Program-made: the position numbers and the translations under genes
Shown: piece after piece, positions 32,417 to 40,579 of the stretch
Layout of the letters: each line of letters starts with the position of its first letter
Numbering within the stretch: the stretch's first letter is position 1
Notes under the pieces: model-generated
Told to the model about the DNA's origin: nothing
What the model saw: only the letters and a program-made list of their open reading frames with translations
The model's database searches: none
Origin: a virus
Length of the DNA: 40,933 nt
Reading direction: 5' to 3' (one strand)
IMG/VR virus record: IMGVR_UViG_3300028804_000025
Location: 1 to 40,933 of that record

Positions 32417-32815
32417 TCAGCCGCGTGGATACGTCTGCACTGCAGACTCTTGTCGATTGCGAAACCAAACCGCGATCGCATGATCAGCCTGGTCAAGGTT
32501 CGCCTTGATCGTAGACTCAGCACGCGCCATCTTGTGCGCCGTTGCACGCACTCCAATGCCTTCGATGTAAATCAGCTGCAGCGTGATGTACAGATGCAAC
32601 TGTGTCAGTCTCAGCGATTCAACTGCAGCATCGGTCACCGATGCGTCCACTTCATCCACTGGGATCACCGTCTCACGGTAGCCGCTCTGGCTTCCTGCTT
32701 CTTTCAGGAATGATGTCCCAGCGTAGAAGCCTCGACCACCGTTTGCGCCCCGTTCCTTCCATAACGCCCAGTTGTCTAAGCGTTGCTTGACCCATTCAAT
32801 GCGTGCCATTGACAT
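32417..32815 (-). CDS. antitermination protein Q-like late regulator (132 aa)
   Basis: The layout IEWVKQRLDNWALW...DEVDASVTDAAVESL...LYITLQLIYIEG.....A.KM....STIKANL.QADHAI parallels QuuD/Phage_antitermQ proteins (memory). Confidence 0.55.
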   Translation of the reverse strand: MSMARIEWVKQRLDNWALWKERGANGGRGFYAGTSFLKEAGSQSGYRETVIPVDEVDASVTDAAVESLRLTQLHLYITLQLIYIEGIGVRATAHKMARAESTIKANLDQADHAIAVWFRNRQESAVQTYPRG

Positions 32816-33083
32816 CCTCCACTGGTTTCAAAAACACCGCACCATCAACCGCCCACGTAATCGCAATTGCTTGCCACTGTTCATACGCATGCCCTTGCGG
32901 AAAAGGCGTTCCCAGCACATGGCCCTTTTCCATTGCGATGAAGCACCCCGGCTCACCGGCCAGGGATCGTTTGATCAATCCATTGACGTACTCCACCCCA
33001 TACTCTTTGCGCTTGGCATCGATGATCCTGGCGCAGTTGGGCATTTGGGTGCGCATATCCGGGCGTTTGGCTGGTGCGTTCAT
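32796..33083 (-). CDS. hypothetical protein (95 aa)
   Basis: An ORF between the origin region and the Q-like gene. The start is uncertain because there is no clear RBS. Confidence 0.45.
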   Translation of the reverse strand: MNAPAKRPDMRTQMPNCARIIDAKRKEYGVEYVNGLIKRSLAGEPGCFIAMEKGHVLGTPFPQGHAYEQWQAIAITWAVDGAVFLKPVEDVNGTH

Positions 33084-33098
33084 AGATTTCTTTGGGGT

Positions 33099-33370
33099 GG
33101 GTGGTCAAGGGTGGACGAGGGGGTGGACGGCGCAAACCCGCGCCAGTACTCAATCCGTCCACCCGTCCACCCTGTCCAAGGTGTGTGCATGAAGATGTGG
33201 GTGCGCGCGTGCGCGTGTAGGCGCCTGCGCACACACGCGCCCGCATGTAAAGCCAAATTGGCTTTTTGGGTGGACGCTTGGACGGATGCCGCTTTATTCA
33301 ACAAAATCAAACACTTACGCCGTCCACCCCCCCCGGACGAAGGGTGGACGTGCTGGACGAAGCTGGACGG
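33099..33370. repeat. iteron array: 7 full copies of GGGTGGACG (4 direct, 3 inverted) plus about 5 partial TGGACG(A/G) copies
   Basis: Full copies at 33109, 33121, 33156(inv), 33164(inv), 33268, 33321(inv) and 33342. Partial copies at 33099, 33278, 33334, 33353 and 33363. They flank an alternating Pu-Py tract and an AT-rich patch at 33293-33317. Confidence 0.8.
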
Positions 33371-33390
33371 AGTCATTGGGGCCATGTCGT

Positions 33391-35769
33391 TCACAGCGGA
33401 AAATCCTCTGCCTCAGAAAGCGCACAGACCCCTTCTATCGGCTGCGCAGGCGCTTCGGCGGGCGCGGGAGGGGGTAGCCTTTGCCAACCACGCCTGCGGC
33501 TTCCTGTCGTCTCTCTATGCTTTTTGAAGCCCAGCGCTTTCATCGCATTGGCAAGCCGGTTATCCATCTGCCCTGCCCCATCGATCCGGTCCGCCTTGAT
33601 CGCCAATGCCTTGCCATACAGCTCCACTGTCGTGAAGAACTCGCGGTCAGCCCGCGCCCTGGCCTGTGTTGCGTCATCATGCCCATCCATCGTGGTGGCA
33701 TTGACATAGGCGCCCAGGTAATCCTCCCAGGTCTCTGTTTTCTTAAACTGTTCTTGCTCGGGGAACACCAGGTCAATCTCTTGCTGGCGGGTCGGCCAAT
33801 ACTGCTCAGCTTTCTTGAGCCTGGCCAACGCTTCAGCAAACAACTGCAACCGCATCTCCCGCAACAAGTCCAGGTTCACAACCTTGACCTCCAGCGGCCA
33901 AAAACGCCGGTCGCCAGTCGCATCTTTTAAAAAAGTGTCGGCATTGGTCGTACCTGCCACCACGGTGTGGCGGGCACGCTTCTTGATCTGCGCACCATAG
34001 GGCGGTCGATACATGTCATCCTGTGCCGACAAAAACTGCTTTACCGCCGTCGTTTCGGCCTTGTTCAAGCTCTCCAACTCGGCAGACTCGGCAATCCACA
34101 CCAACTGCATCGTCATCAAGCTGTCTTTGTCGCCCATGCGAATCGCGTTGTCTGTAAACCAAGGCTCAGCCAGCACCCGGAATGACCCCGACTTACTTAA
34201 GCCCTGCTCACCCTTCAGCACCAGCATGTAATCGAACTTGCAGCCCGGCCGCATCGCCCGCATGACCATGCCCATGATGAAACACTTGCCAATCAGCCGC
34301 GTGTAAGGCCTTTCGTCTACCTCATAAACACCCGACAGCCATGTCTCCAGCCGCGATACACCATCCCACGCCTGGCTTTTTATCAAATCAATGATTGGGT
34401 TGAACTTGTGCTCCCGCGCCGCCATCAGCACCCCATTGCGAAGCGTCCCCGTGGCCTTAATTAGCAGCTGATGCTTCCGGGCAAGGTACTCGCCCAACAT
34501 CAGGTCATCTTCTTCATCCCATTCCCCCGCTGGCCTGCCCCACGGCGTATCTCGGCTTCGCTCGTGCAGCTCGGTAAACGTGTTGTGTCGCACCAGGCCT
34601 GCAATTTCCGGATCGTCTCTTAAGCAATACAAGACGTTCTCCCTGCAATCCACGGGGCGACCACGATGGCGAATCAAATCCGGCCCGACCGGCAGGCCGT
34701 CATCGTCCCCGCCATCACTGCCCTGCGCCGCTACGCCGTCGTAACCTTCATCCCCCCCAGCGGGAGCCCCAAGGTTCGCGGGTTTTGGGTTCTGCGCCTG
34801 GCGCGGCATACGCTTGCTCAGCACCGTACCTGTGCGCTCAGCCAGCCACTTCATCGCGTCCACCGGCTTACCCATACCGAGGTGCTCCATCACCAGGTCA
34901 ATAGGGCTAAAACCTCGGTCTAAACCAAAGTCTTGAATACCATCAGGGTGGATGCTCAAATCCTCTTGCAGATTGCGTCCCAGTGCCTTGCTGGTAATCC
35001 GGTAGCCGCCCTTGTAGGGCTTAGCCTTGGGCAACAGCGAAGGCACCCAGGCATCCATGCGCGCCATCGCATCAGCATTCACCCGAGTAAAGTCGTCGCC
35101 TTGCGCCTGGCCAGGCGTAGGTGCATGCGCCTTGGCAGGCCGCCGTGTGCTTGTCTCTTGCGCCTGCCGGTGGGCTTCCTTAGCCTCAGCAATCCGCGCC
35201 ACAATCGCCTGCAGCGCTGCGTCTGGAATAGGCTTCACCCCGTGCGACACATTGTCCCAGCGCCTACCTGTGACAGTAAAGAACTGCGACCCGCAAAACA
35301 TCTCCAGGCCAATGTCGTTGCTCTTGCAGCTGTCTGCCTTCCCTTGCACATAAATGTGCACGCCCTTGCCACTCGGCGAAAACTCAGTAAAGCTGTCGCA
35401 GGCCCGAATCGTCTCCATGCACAGGGTAGACGTGTCCCCGGTATCCGGGTCGATCGCGCCATCGATGTCAATGCCGATCAGCCCGTCCCCTGGCAGGAAG
35501 GCAAAGCCAATACCAGACCAGCCGCCCCGCTCATACGCCTTACGCGCCACTTCTAACGTAGCCAACCTCATGCGATCCGCATCACAGCCCTGTGTCAGCT
35601 TGCGTTTGCCGCCGCTCACGTAATACGGCATCTTGGCAGGTTTGACCGGACCCGCCTTGGGGGACTCAAAACGCCACAGCAACCATTGCTGGCGCGTTGC
35701 CATATCTTGGGGGATGTTCTCCCAGACCGGTGGGGCCACCACCGGTATTGGATGCGCGCCAGAGGTCAT
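33391..35769 (-). CDS. bifunctional primase-polymerase (PrimPol) fused to a VirE/D5-type P-loop NTPase (792 aa)
   Basis: N-terminal GIGFAFLPGDGLIGIDIDG...FSPSGKGVHIYV (PrimPol motifs). C-terminal VLKGEQGLSKSG Walker A in a VirE-like region. Confidence 0.9.
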   Translation of the reverse strand: MTSGAHPIPVVAPPVWENIPQDMATRQQWLLWRFESPKAGPVKPAKMPYYVSGGKRKLTQGCDADRMRLATLEVARKAYERGGWSGIGFAFLPGDGLIGIDIDGAIDPDTGDTSTLCMETIRACDSFTEFSPSGKGVHIYVQGKADSCKSNDIGLEMFCGSQFFTVTGRRWDNVSHGVKPIPDAALQAIVARIAEAKEAHRQAQETSTRRPAKAHAPTPGQAQGDDFTRVNADAMARMDAWVPSLLPKAKPYKGGYRITSKALGRNLQEDLSIHPDGIQDFGLDRGFSPIDLVMEHLGMGKPVDAMKWLAERTGTVLSKRMPRQAQNPKPANLGAPAGGDEGYDGVAAQGSDGGDDDGLPVGPDLIRHRGRPVDCRENVLYCLRDDPEIAGLVRHNTFTELHERSRDTPWGRPAGEWDEEDDLMLGEYLARKHQLLIKATGTLRNGVLMAAREHKFNPIIDLIKSQAWDGVSRLETWLSGVYEVDERPYTRLIGKCFIMGMVMRAMRPGCKFDYMLVLKGEQGLSKSGSFRVLAEPWFTDNAIRMGDKDSLMTMQLVWIAESAELESLNKAETTAVKQFLSAQDDMYRPPYGAQIKKRARHTVVAGTTNADTFLKDATGDRRFWPLEVKVVNLDLLREMRLQLFAEALARLKKAEQYWPTRQQEIDLVFPEQEQFKKTETWEDYLGAYVNATTMDGHDDATQARARADREFFTTVELYGKALAIKADRIDGAGQMDNRLANAMKALGFKKHRETTGSRRRGWQRLPPPAPAEAPAQPIEGVCALSEAEDFPL

Positions 35770-35781
35770 AGGCTCGTTGGT

Positions 35782-36096
35782 CTATTGCATTGGGGGGGGG
35801 GTCTGGCACCACGCACTCAACGTCGCCGCCAGCACCTTTGCACCAGCACCCGCTGGTGTATTGAAGGGCGCCTCATCCACATCCACCAGCTCATACAAGC
35901 GGCACCAGCCTTTTGCATGCGCCCGTTTCTCCTGACCGCAGATTTGGACCTTCTTGGCACGTTTCAGATTACCGAGACTGGCACGGGCAGCTTTGTAGCC
36001 CACCTGGGCACGCTCGCACACGTCACGCAAGGTGCATGGCCCAAGTGCCAGGGCCGTCAACACCGCCTGGCTGACTTCTTGAGGGGGCCGCATCAA
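35782..36096 (-). CDS. winged-helix DNA-binding-like protein (104 aa)
   Basis: AVLTALALGPCTLRDVCERAQVGYKAARASLGNLKRAKKVQICG resembles a wHTH. Confidence 0.5.
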   Translation of the reverse strand: MMRPPQEVSQAVLTALALGPCTLRDVCERAQVGYKAARASLGNLKRAKKVQICGQEKRAHAKGWCRLYELVDVDEAPFNTPAGAGAKVLAATLSAWCQTPPPMQ

Positions 36097-36293
36097 ACAA
36101 CCCCAGCCTGCTTCATCAGTGGCTGCAATTTCGCCAGCATCAAAGCCAGCTCATTCATTGCGGCACCTTGCTTGGCCGTCTTGTCAGACAGAAACCGCTC
36201 GCACAGGTAAAACAGCGGCTGTAACTCATTTGATAAAAACCGAACGTCAGATCCGCGCGTAATTTCAACGGCCCCTCGCAAAGGTGTATTCAT
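36093..36293 (-). CDS. hypothetical protein (66 aa)
   Basis: ATG 36293 lies 1 nt after the upstream stop. ATGA-type overlap at 36093-36096. Confidence 0.5.
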   Translation of the reverse strand: MNTPLRGAVEITRGSDVRFLSNELQPLFYLCERFLSDKTAKQGAAMNELALMLAKLQPLMKQAGVV

Positions 36294-36294
36294 C

Positions 36295-36564
36295 TCAGGT
36301 CTCCTGCGCTGCGGGTTGAGGGTTGGGGGTGGGTTGGGTGGCATCGTTGGCGGCCAACTCCGGCCATATCGACGCCCAGTCATCCGGCCGAAGGTCTCGC
36401 CGGGTCACAGCACCTTTGACCGCCGCCTCAATCGCTGCGCAGTACTCGGCTGGGACATGAGATCGACGCAGCCATCCCGCCACGGTCGGCTGGATGACGC
36501 CGCAGGCCTCAGCGATCAAGCGCTGAGAACCGGCAATTTCAATGGCTTTAGAGAGTGCAGACAT
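36295..36564 (-). CDS. Cro/YdaS-like HTH regulator (89 aa)
   Basis: GSQRLIAEACGVIQPTVAGWLRRSHVPAEYCAAIEAAVKGAVTRRDLRPD matches the YdaS/Cro pattern. It is the first gene of the leftward operon. Confidence 0.7.
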   Translation of the reverse strand: MSALSKAIEIAGSQRLIAEACGVIQPTVAGWLRRSHVPAEYCAAIEAAVKGAVTRRDLRPDDWASIWPELAANDATQPTPNPQPAAQET

Positions 36565-36574
36565 GTTTGATGCG

Positions 36575-36643
36575 TATTACAAACGTAATATTACATCAAT
36601 TACCAACGTAATGCAAAGCACTGGTCAAATTGCGTTCGTAATG
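36575..36643. promoter_or_regulatory. operator cluster O1-O3 (dyads ATTAC-N4-GTAAT)
   Basis: O1 TATTACAAACGTAATA at 36575-36590. O2 AATTACCAACGTAATG at 36598-36613. O3 AATTGCGTTCGTAATG at 36628-36643. Also a 10-bp palindrome GTAATATTAC at 36585-36594. Confidence 0.55.
36588..36616 (-). promoter_or_regulatory. candidate leftward early promoter TTGCAT-N17-TAATAT
   Basis: -35 at 36616-36611 and -10 at 36593-36588, overlapped by O1/O2, 23 nt upstream of ATG 36564. Confidence 0.35.
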
Positions 36644-36763
36644 ACAGACATCAGTACGCGCCTCAAATCCACCCGCAGTCGCGCTGTACTCCGCGAATTT
36701 GTGTCGGCAAATGCATGCCCTGCCACAGGCTTACATCGCCTGGTAAAAAAATTTCACGTCAAA

Positions 36764-36804
36764 TATTACATTTGTATTGACTCCAATCTATTACATTTGT
36801 AATA
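36764..36804. promoter_or_regulatory. operator cluster O4-O5
   Basis: O4 TATTACATTTGTATTG at 36764-36779 (imperfect). O5 TATTACATTTGTAATA at 36789-36804 (7-bp perfect arms). Confidence 0.6.
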
Positions 36805-36805
36805 T
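36777..36805 (+). promoter_or_regulatory. rightward early promoter TTGACT-N17-TAATAT
   Basis: -35 at 36777-36782 (overlaps O4) and -10 at 36800-36805 (overlaps O5), 39 nt upstream of ATG 36844. Confidence 0.6.
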
Positions 36806-36843
36806 TCACCCCACACCGCACCCAAAGCGGCATGGAGTGACAG

Positions 36844-37323
36844 ATGCAAACCATTACCAAAGCCCAGGCAACAGCAGCATTTGAAGCCTGGGAGCGCGAC
36901 TACCGCGCCAACCCTGTATCGGCATATTTAACCCCTGAAGAAGCCTCCCGCATGGAAGTGGCCCCGCTGTCAGAGCAGCGGGCTATCCACTTCGTAGCGT
37001 TGCTGCGCCAGGACGGTGCAGCAGTCTTGACCGCGGCGGCTGACACCACGCTGCACGGCGTCAATGTTCAGGTTACTTTGCGTGTTGATCCCGCAGCTTT
37101 TCAGCTTGCTCTGCGAGCCGCAGCACCTGAAGTACAAATTTGGCGTACGCCAGACGCTGTTTGGAGCTCCACTCAGGTGGACTTTGAGTTGGTAGTGAAT
37201 CGCACGCTGTACGAAGCGCAGCAGCGGCTGCAGGAAGGTCTGGAACTTGCGGCATGTCGGCTCCTCGAGGCTCAAATTGTTGCGATGCGGGGCAACCAGT
37301 CTACGGCAGGCGGTGCAGCATGA
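36844..37323 (+). CDS. hypothetical early protein (159 aa)
   Basis: A GGAGTG RBS. It is the first gene of the rightward operon. Confidence 0.6.
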   Translation: MQTITKAQATAAFEAWERDYRANPVSAYLTPEEASRMEVAPLSEQRAIHFVALLRQDGAAVLTAAADTTLHGVNVQVTLRVDPAAFQLALRAAAPEVQIWRTPDAVWSSTQVDFELVVNRTLYEAQQRLQEGLELAACRLLEAQIVAMRGNQSTAGGAA

Positions 37324-37763
37324 CCACCAATCCCATAGCCCTCAATACCCACGTACTCGACGCGCTGGGCATTGAATGGAAGGGCCAGAACATTGCCCAT
37401 GTGAGCGTTGATCTGAAGGGGCACGACACAGTCCCCACTGCAACCATCACGCGATACCTGTCCAGGCAGACGCTGGCGACCCATCGTTTTACGTGGGTGC
37501 TGACATCTGCAGAGCCCATTGGTTTTGACATCGATGCCGCATGCGAAGCAGCTCGCCAGGTTGTGCGCCGCACTGTTCACGATGCATTTGACCGGGCTGT
37601 GACCGATCTCGCTACCGGGTTCATCTATTCACGTCAGCGCCTCGGGCTACCCATCACCCTGGCGCATTTAAAGCTGGCTGACTGGCCAGGAGGGGCAGAC
37701 AACTGGCTGCAGTTCACCACCCTGGGTGGCAATGAGTTTTATGTTTATCGGGGTGCAGCATGA
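37320..37763 (+). CDS. hypothetical protein (147 aa)
   Basis: ATGA coupling at 37320-37323 and at 37760-37763. Confidence 0.6.
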   Translation: MTTNPIALNTHVLDALGIEWKGQNIAHVSVDLKGHDTVPTATITRYLSRQTLATHRFTWVLTSAEPIGFDIDAACEAARQVVRRTVHDAFDRAVTDLATGFIYSRQRLGLPITLAHLKLADWPGGADNWLQFTTLGGNEFYVYRGAA

Positions 37764-38062
37764 CCACCCCACACCACCCCAGCACCGCCCCCTACTGGCT
37801 TGCCACGCTGGCCATTGCCACGGTGTTCGCCTTGGTCCAGCAACTGGACATTACCCCGCCCACTATCTCCGACCTGGAAGCTGCCCAGGCTGTGGCCGAA
37901 GAGGCCGAGGCATTGGCTTCGCGGGACTATGCCGCCCGCACTACCTGCGGGCCCGAGGCCTCGTTTCGCTGGGTGAGCGACACAGACCTTCAATGCCTGG
38001 ACAAGCATGGCCGTAAGACCGGAAAGCCCCAGGCCGTGACAGTAGCGGGGTTGCTGCCATGA
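37760..38062 (+). CDS. hypothetical protein with N-terminal TM segment (100 aa)
   Basis: YWLATLAIATVFALV hydrophobic segment. ATGA coupling on both sides. Confidence 0.55.
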   Translation: MTTPHHPSTAPYWLATLAIATVFALVQQLDITPPTISDLEAAQAVAEEAEALASRDYAARTTCGPEASFRWVSDTDLQCLDKHGRKTGKPQAVTVAGLLP

Positions 38063-38229
38063 CCTGCACACACGAATGCGATCAGGGCGACGCATGCACC
38101 TGCGCAGACCCGCTCGATGAATGCGGCCTGTGGATACGTATCCCAGACCTTGTGATGCTGTTGATTGTTGCATGCACCGTAGGCGTCATTCTGGGCGTGA
38201 CGCTGGTGCGGGCTGGGATGGTGGTATGA
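38059..38229 (+). CDS. 56-aa Cys-rich protein with C-terminal TM anchor (not in the ORF track)
   Basis: MTCTHECDQGDACTCADPLDECGLWIRIPDLVMLLIVACTVGVILGVTLVRAGMVV. ATGA overlaps at 38059 and 38226 link it to both neighbours. Confidence 0.45.
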   Translation: MTCTHECDQGDACTCADPLDECGLWIRIPDLVMLLIVACTVGVILGVTLVRAGMVV

Positions 38230-38813
38230 AACAGCGCCCTATCCTATTCAGTGGGCCGATGGTCCGGGCGCTGCTAGATGGCAGCAAGACGCAGACGCGG
38301 CGGGTTTGCAAGCCTGCAATCAAGCATAGTTTGAGTTATGTCATCCCTGTGCAAGACCCCGCGTATCCAGGGCAGCGCCCGCCACACATAACCCCCGGCT
38401 GGTTCGGCGATGAGGAAGGTGACATACAGTTTTACAGCCCATACGGCCAGCCCGGCGATCAGCTTTGGGTGCGCGAGACCTGGGCTCGCACTGTCGTCGG
38501 CGCCGGGACTGCAATGGTGGTGTATCGCGAGGGAGACAACCGAACTGACTATGGTGGCCCTTGGAAGCCTGGAATCCATATGTTCCAGCGGGACAGCCGT
38601 ATAACGCTTGAAATCACAGGCGTGCGCGTTGAGCGCTTGCATGACATCACACGCGGCGATGCCATGGCGGAAGGGTGCCCATTCCCAAACATGGCAGATG
38701 GCGATGATCCAAGAAAGTGGTACTCCGACCTATGGAATTCCATAAACGGAACCGATTCGTGGGACTTGAATCCATGGGTCTGGGTCATTGAATTCAAGGC
38801 GGTCAAGCCATGA
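38226..38813 (+). CDS. ASCH-like domain protein (195 aa)
   Basis: MKQRPILFSGPMVRALLDGSKTQTRRV...YGQPGDQLWVRETW...ITLEITGVRVERL pattern, common in phage ASCH-annotated proteins (memory). Confidence 0.5.
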   Translation: MKQRPILFSGPMVRALLDGSKTQTRRVCKPAIKHSLSYVIPVQDPAYPGQRPPHITPGWFGDEEGDIQFYSPYGQPGDQLWVRETWARTVVGAGTAMVVYREGDNRTDYGGPWKPGIHMFQRDSRITLEITGVRVERLHDITRGDAMAEGCPFPNMADGDDPRKWYSDLWNSINGTDSWDLNPWVWVIEFKAVKP

Positions 38814-39043
38814 CCACCCTAGCCCACCATATCCCCGTGGCCACGATCTACCGCCAGCTGCACAACCCCAGTGCTGGTGCTTTCAGATCCTGCGCACTGT
38901 GCACGCATGGCGACGATCGCGGGCAGCGCTGCTACGCACCCGCCGCACACAGCGGCTTGTACGGCATGTCTGCAGCCGATGCACGGGGCAGCGCTGGCCC
39001 CTGCGGGCCCCACGGTCTATTGCTTGAACTGGAGGCCGCATGA
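38810..39043 (+). CDS. hypothetical Cys-containing protein (77 aa)
   Basis: ATGA coupling at 38810 and at 39040. Confidence 0.5.
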   Translation: MTTLAHHIPVATIYRQLHNPSAGAFRSCALCTHGDDRGQRCYAPAAHSGLYGMSAADARGSAGPCGPHGLLLELEAA

Positions 39044-39348
39044 GCTCCTTTCGCTTACACGTCACCGGCACCGTCACCACCGCCGAATGCCGCTTCCAGC
39101 GCAACGGCATCCCCCAGGTGATTGCCGAGCTGAAGGACGCAAACGGCCAGACCGTGCGCGCCCACCACAACTACCCGGACGCCAGCGCCACCAGCGCATT
39201 TGCTGCCCGCGCCCTGTGCCGCCAGCTCAAAGGCCAACAGGCCCAGCTGGATGCCATCAACCCAAAATTCAAAGCCCGCCGACTTGACTGCGAGGCTTTG
39301 CTGATTACCACCACGCAAACCCTTCAACACAGACAGGACTTGTCATGA
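39040..39348 (+). CDS. hypothetical protein (102 aa)
   Basis: A coupled ORF. Its last about 33 codons lie in direct-repeat copy 1. Confidence 0.55.
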   Translation: MSSFRLHVTGTVTTAECRFQRNGIPQVIAELKDANGQTVRAHHNYPDASATSAFAARALCRQLKGQQAQLDAINPKFKARRLDCEALLITTTQTLQHRQDLS

Positions 39349-39463
39349 GCCGCAAAGCCAGCATCACCCTACACATCCAAGACGACTACCTGGCTGGTGT
39401 CGTCGTGGCCACTAATATGGCCGCCCCCAGCATTGGCCGCACCGTCACCCCTGCAGAGTCGCT
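39241..39463 (+). repeat. 223-bp direct repeat, copy 1
   Basis: 221/223 identical to 40803-40933 plus 36-127 (offset 1562). The mismatches are at 39245 and 39264. Confidence 0.95.
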
Positions 39464-39479
39464 TGGGGTGACATCATGA
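39345..39479 (+). pseudogene. 5' remnant of the 126-aa gene (40 identical codons plus GVTS, then stop), translationally coupled to the DUF5131 gene
   Basis: MSRKASITLHIQDDYLAGVVVATNMAAPSIGRTVTPAESL is identical to the product of 9-128. ATGA overlaps at 39345 and at 39476. Confidence 0.6.
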
Positions 39480-40579
39480 GCGCCGACACCAAAATAGAGT
39501 GGGCAGACCACACCTTTAACCCCTGGATCGGCTGCACTAAGGTGTCACCAGGCTGCGACAACTGCTATGCCGAAGCATGGGACAGGCGTTTTGCGTTGAG
39601 TGGGCACGATATGCATTGGGGCGCTGGCAAGGCCCGCAAGCTAACAAAGACTTGGGGTGACCCGGTGAAGTGGAATCGCCAGCATGAGGCGTTTTTTGCG
39701 CAGCATGGCCATCGTCAGCGGGTGTTTTGCTCAAGCCTTGCGGACGTGTTCGACAACGAGGTCGATCCAAAGTGGCTCAGTGATCTACTCGATCTGATTC
39801 GCCATACGCCGAACTTGGACTGGCTACTGCTTACGAAGCGGATCGGGAACTGGAAAAGCCGGATGCAAGCCGTGCAGGATCATTTAGGTGCAAGGATGGA
39901 CGCTCTCCCCAAGCCAAGGTCAGTCACTGATGAGGAGTCCGACGCGATGAACTGGGTTGGTGCGTGGATTCTCAACAACAGCGTTGATTCGATTCCAGAG
40001 AATGTCTGGCTTGGGGCAACCATCGTCAACCAGGAAGAGGCTGACCGGGACATTCCCAAGCTGCTGGCTGTGCCTGCTGTCAAACGGTTTCTGAGCATGG
40101 AGCCGCTGTTGGGGCCGGTAGACATTCGCGATTACATGTGGCCAGTGCACCCGTCGTGGCCAGCGAAGTACCGTTCACCATCCGAGGCGATCGCTGATGG
40201 AGCAATGGTTACGTACCACAGGCAAGCGCTGATCTCTAAAGCATGGGCTGATTCCCTTGTGAACTGGGTGATTGTCGGCGGCGAAAGCGGACCAAATGCC
40301 CGCCCATTGCACCCCGACTGGGCACGAAGCCTGCGCGATCAGTGCGTAGCGGCTGGCGTGCCGTTTCTGTTCAAACAGTGGGGGGAGTGGAGTCCAGGTA
40401 ACGTGTTCGAAGCTGTTGGAAGTAAGCACGTGACCTGCATCGACCAGTCTGGGCAAGTGCACCCCTACCCGCCTATCTTCGAACCGATATCTGGTATATG
40501 GCGTATGCATCGCATAGGCAAGAAAGCCGCAGGCCGCTTGCTCGATGGCCGCACATGGGATGAGGTGCCAACATGCTGA
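39476..40579 (+). CDS. DUF5131 (phage Gp37/Gp68 family, three-Cys motif) protein (367 aa)
   Basis: KIEWADHTFNPWIGCTKVSPGCDNCYAE, ...WLLLTKR..., ...FLSMEPLLGP..., ...WVIVGGESGPNARP..., ...VPFLFKQWGEW..., ...GRLLDGRTWDE.P. Confidence 0.85.
   Translation: MSADTKIEWADHTFNPWIGCTKVSPGCDNCYAEAWDRRFALSGHDMHWGAGKARKLTKTWGDPVKWNRQHEAFFAQHGHRQRVFCSSLADVFDNEVDPKWLSDLLDLIRHTPNLDWLLLTKRIGNWKSRMQAVQDHLGARMDALPKPRSVTDEESDAMNWVGAWILNNSVDSIPENVWLGATIVNQEEADRDIPKLLAVPAVKRFLSMEPLLGPVDIRDYMWPVHPSWPAKYRSPSEAIADGAMVTYHRQALISKAWADSLVNWVIVGGESGPNARPLHPDWARSLRDQCVAAGVPFLFKQWGEWSPGNVFEAVGSKHVTCIDQSGQVHPYPPIFEPISGIWRMHRIGKKAAGRLLDGRTWDEVPTC

Noticed and set aside
33080-33709. ORFs crossing the iteron region (33080..33394 minus, 33266..33709 plus and 32953..33246 minus).
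   Set aside because: They are built from the repeated GGGTGGACG units and the Pu-Py tract. They have no RBS and an implausible composition.
36542-36802. An 86-aa plus-strand ORF covering the whole early control region, considered as a possible hidden repressor.
   Set aside because: It starts inside the Cro-like gene on the opposite strand, runs through all the operators and promoters, has no RBS, and shows no HTH pattern.
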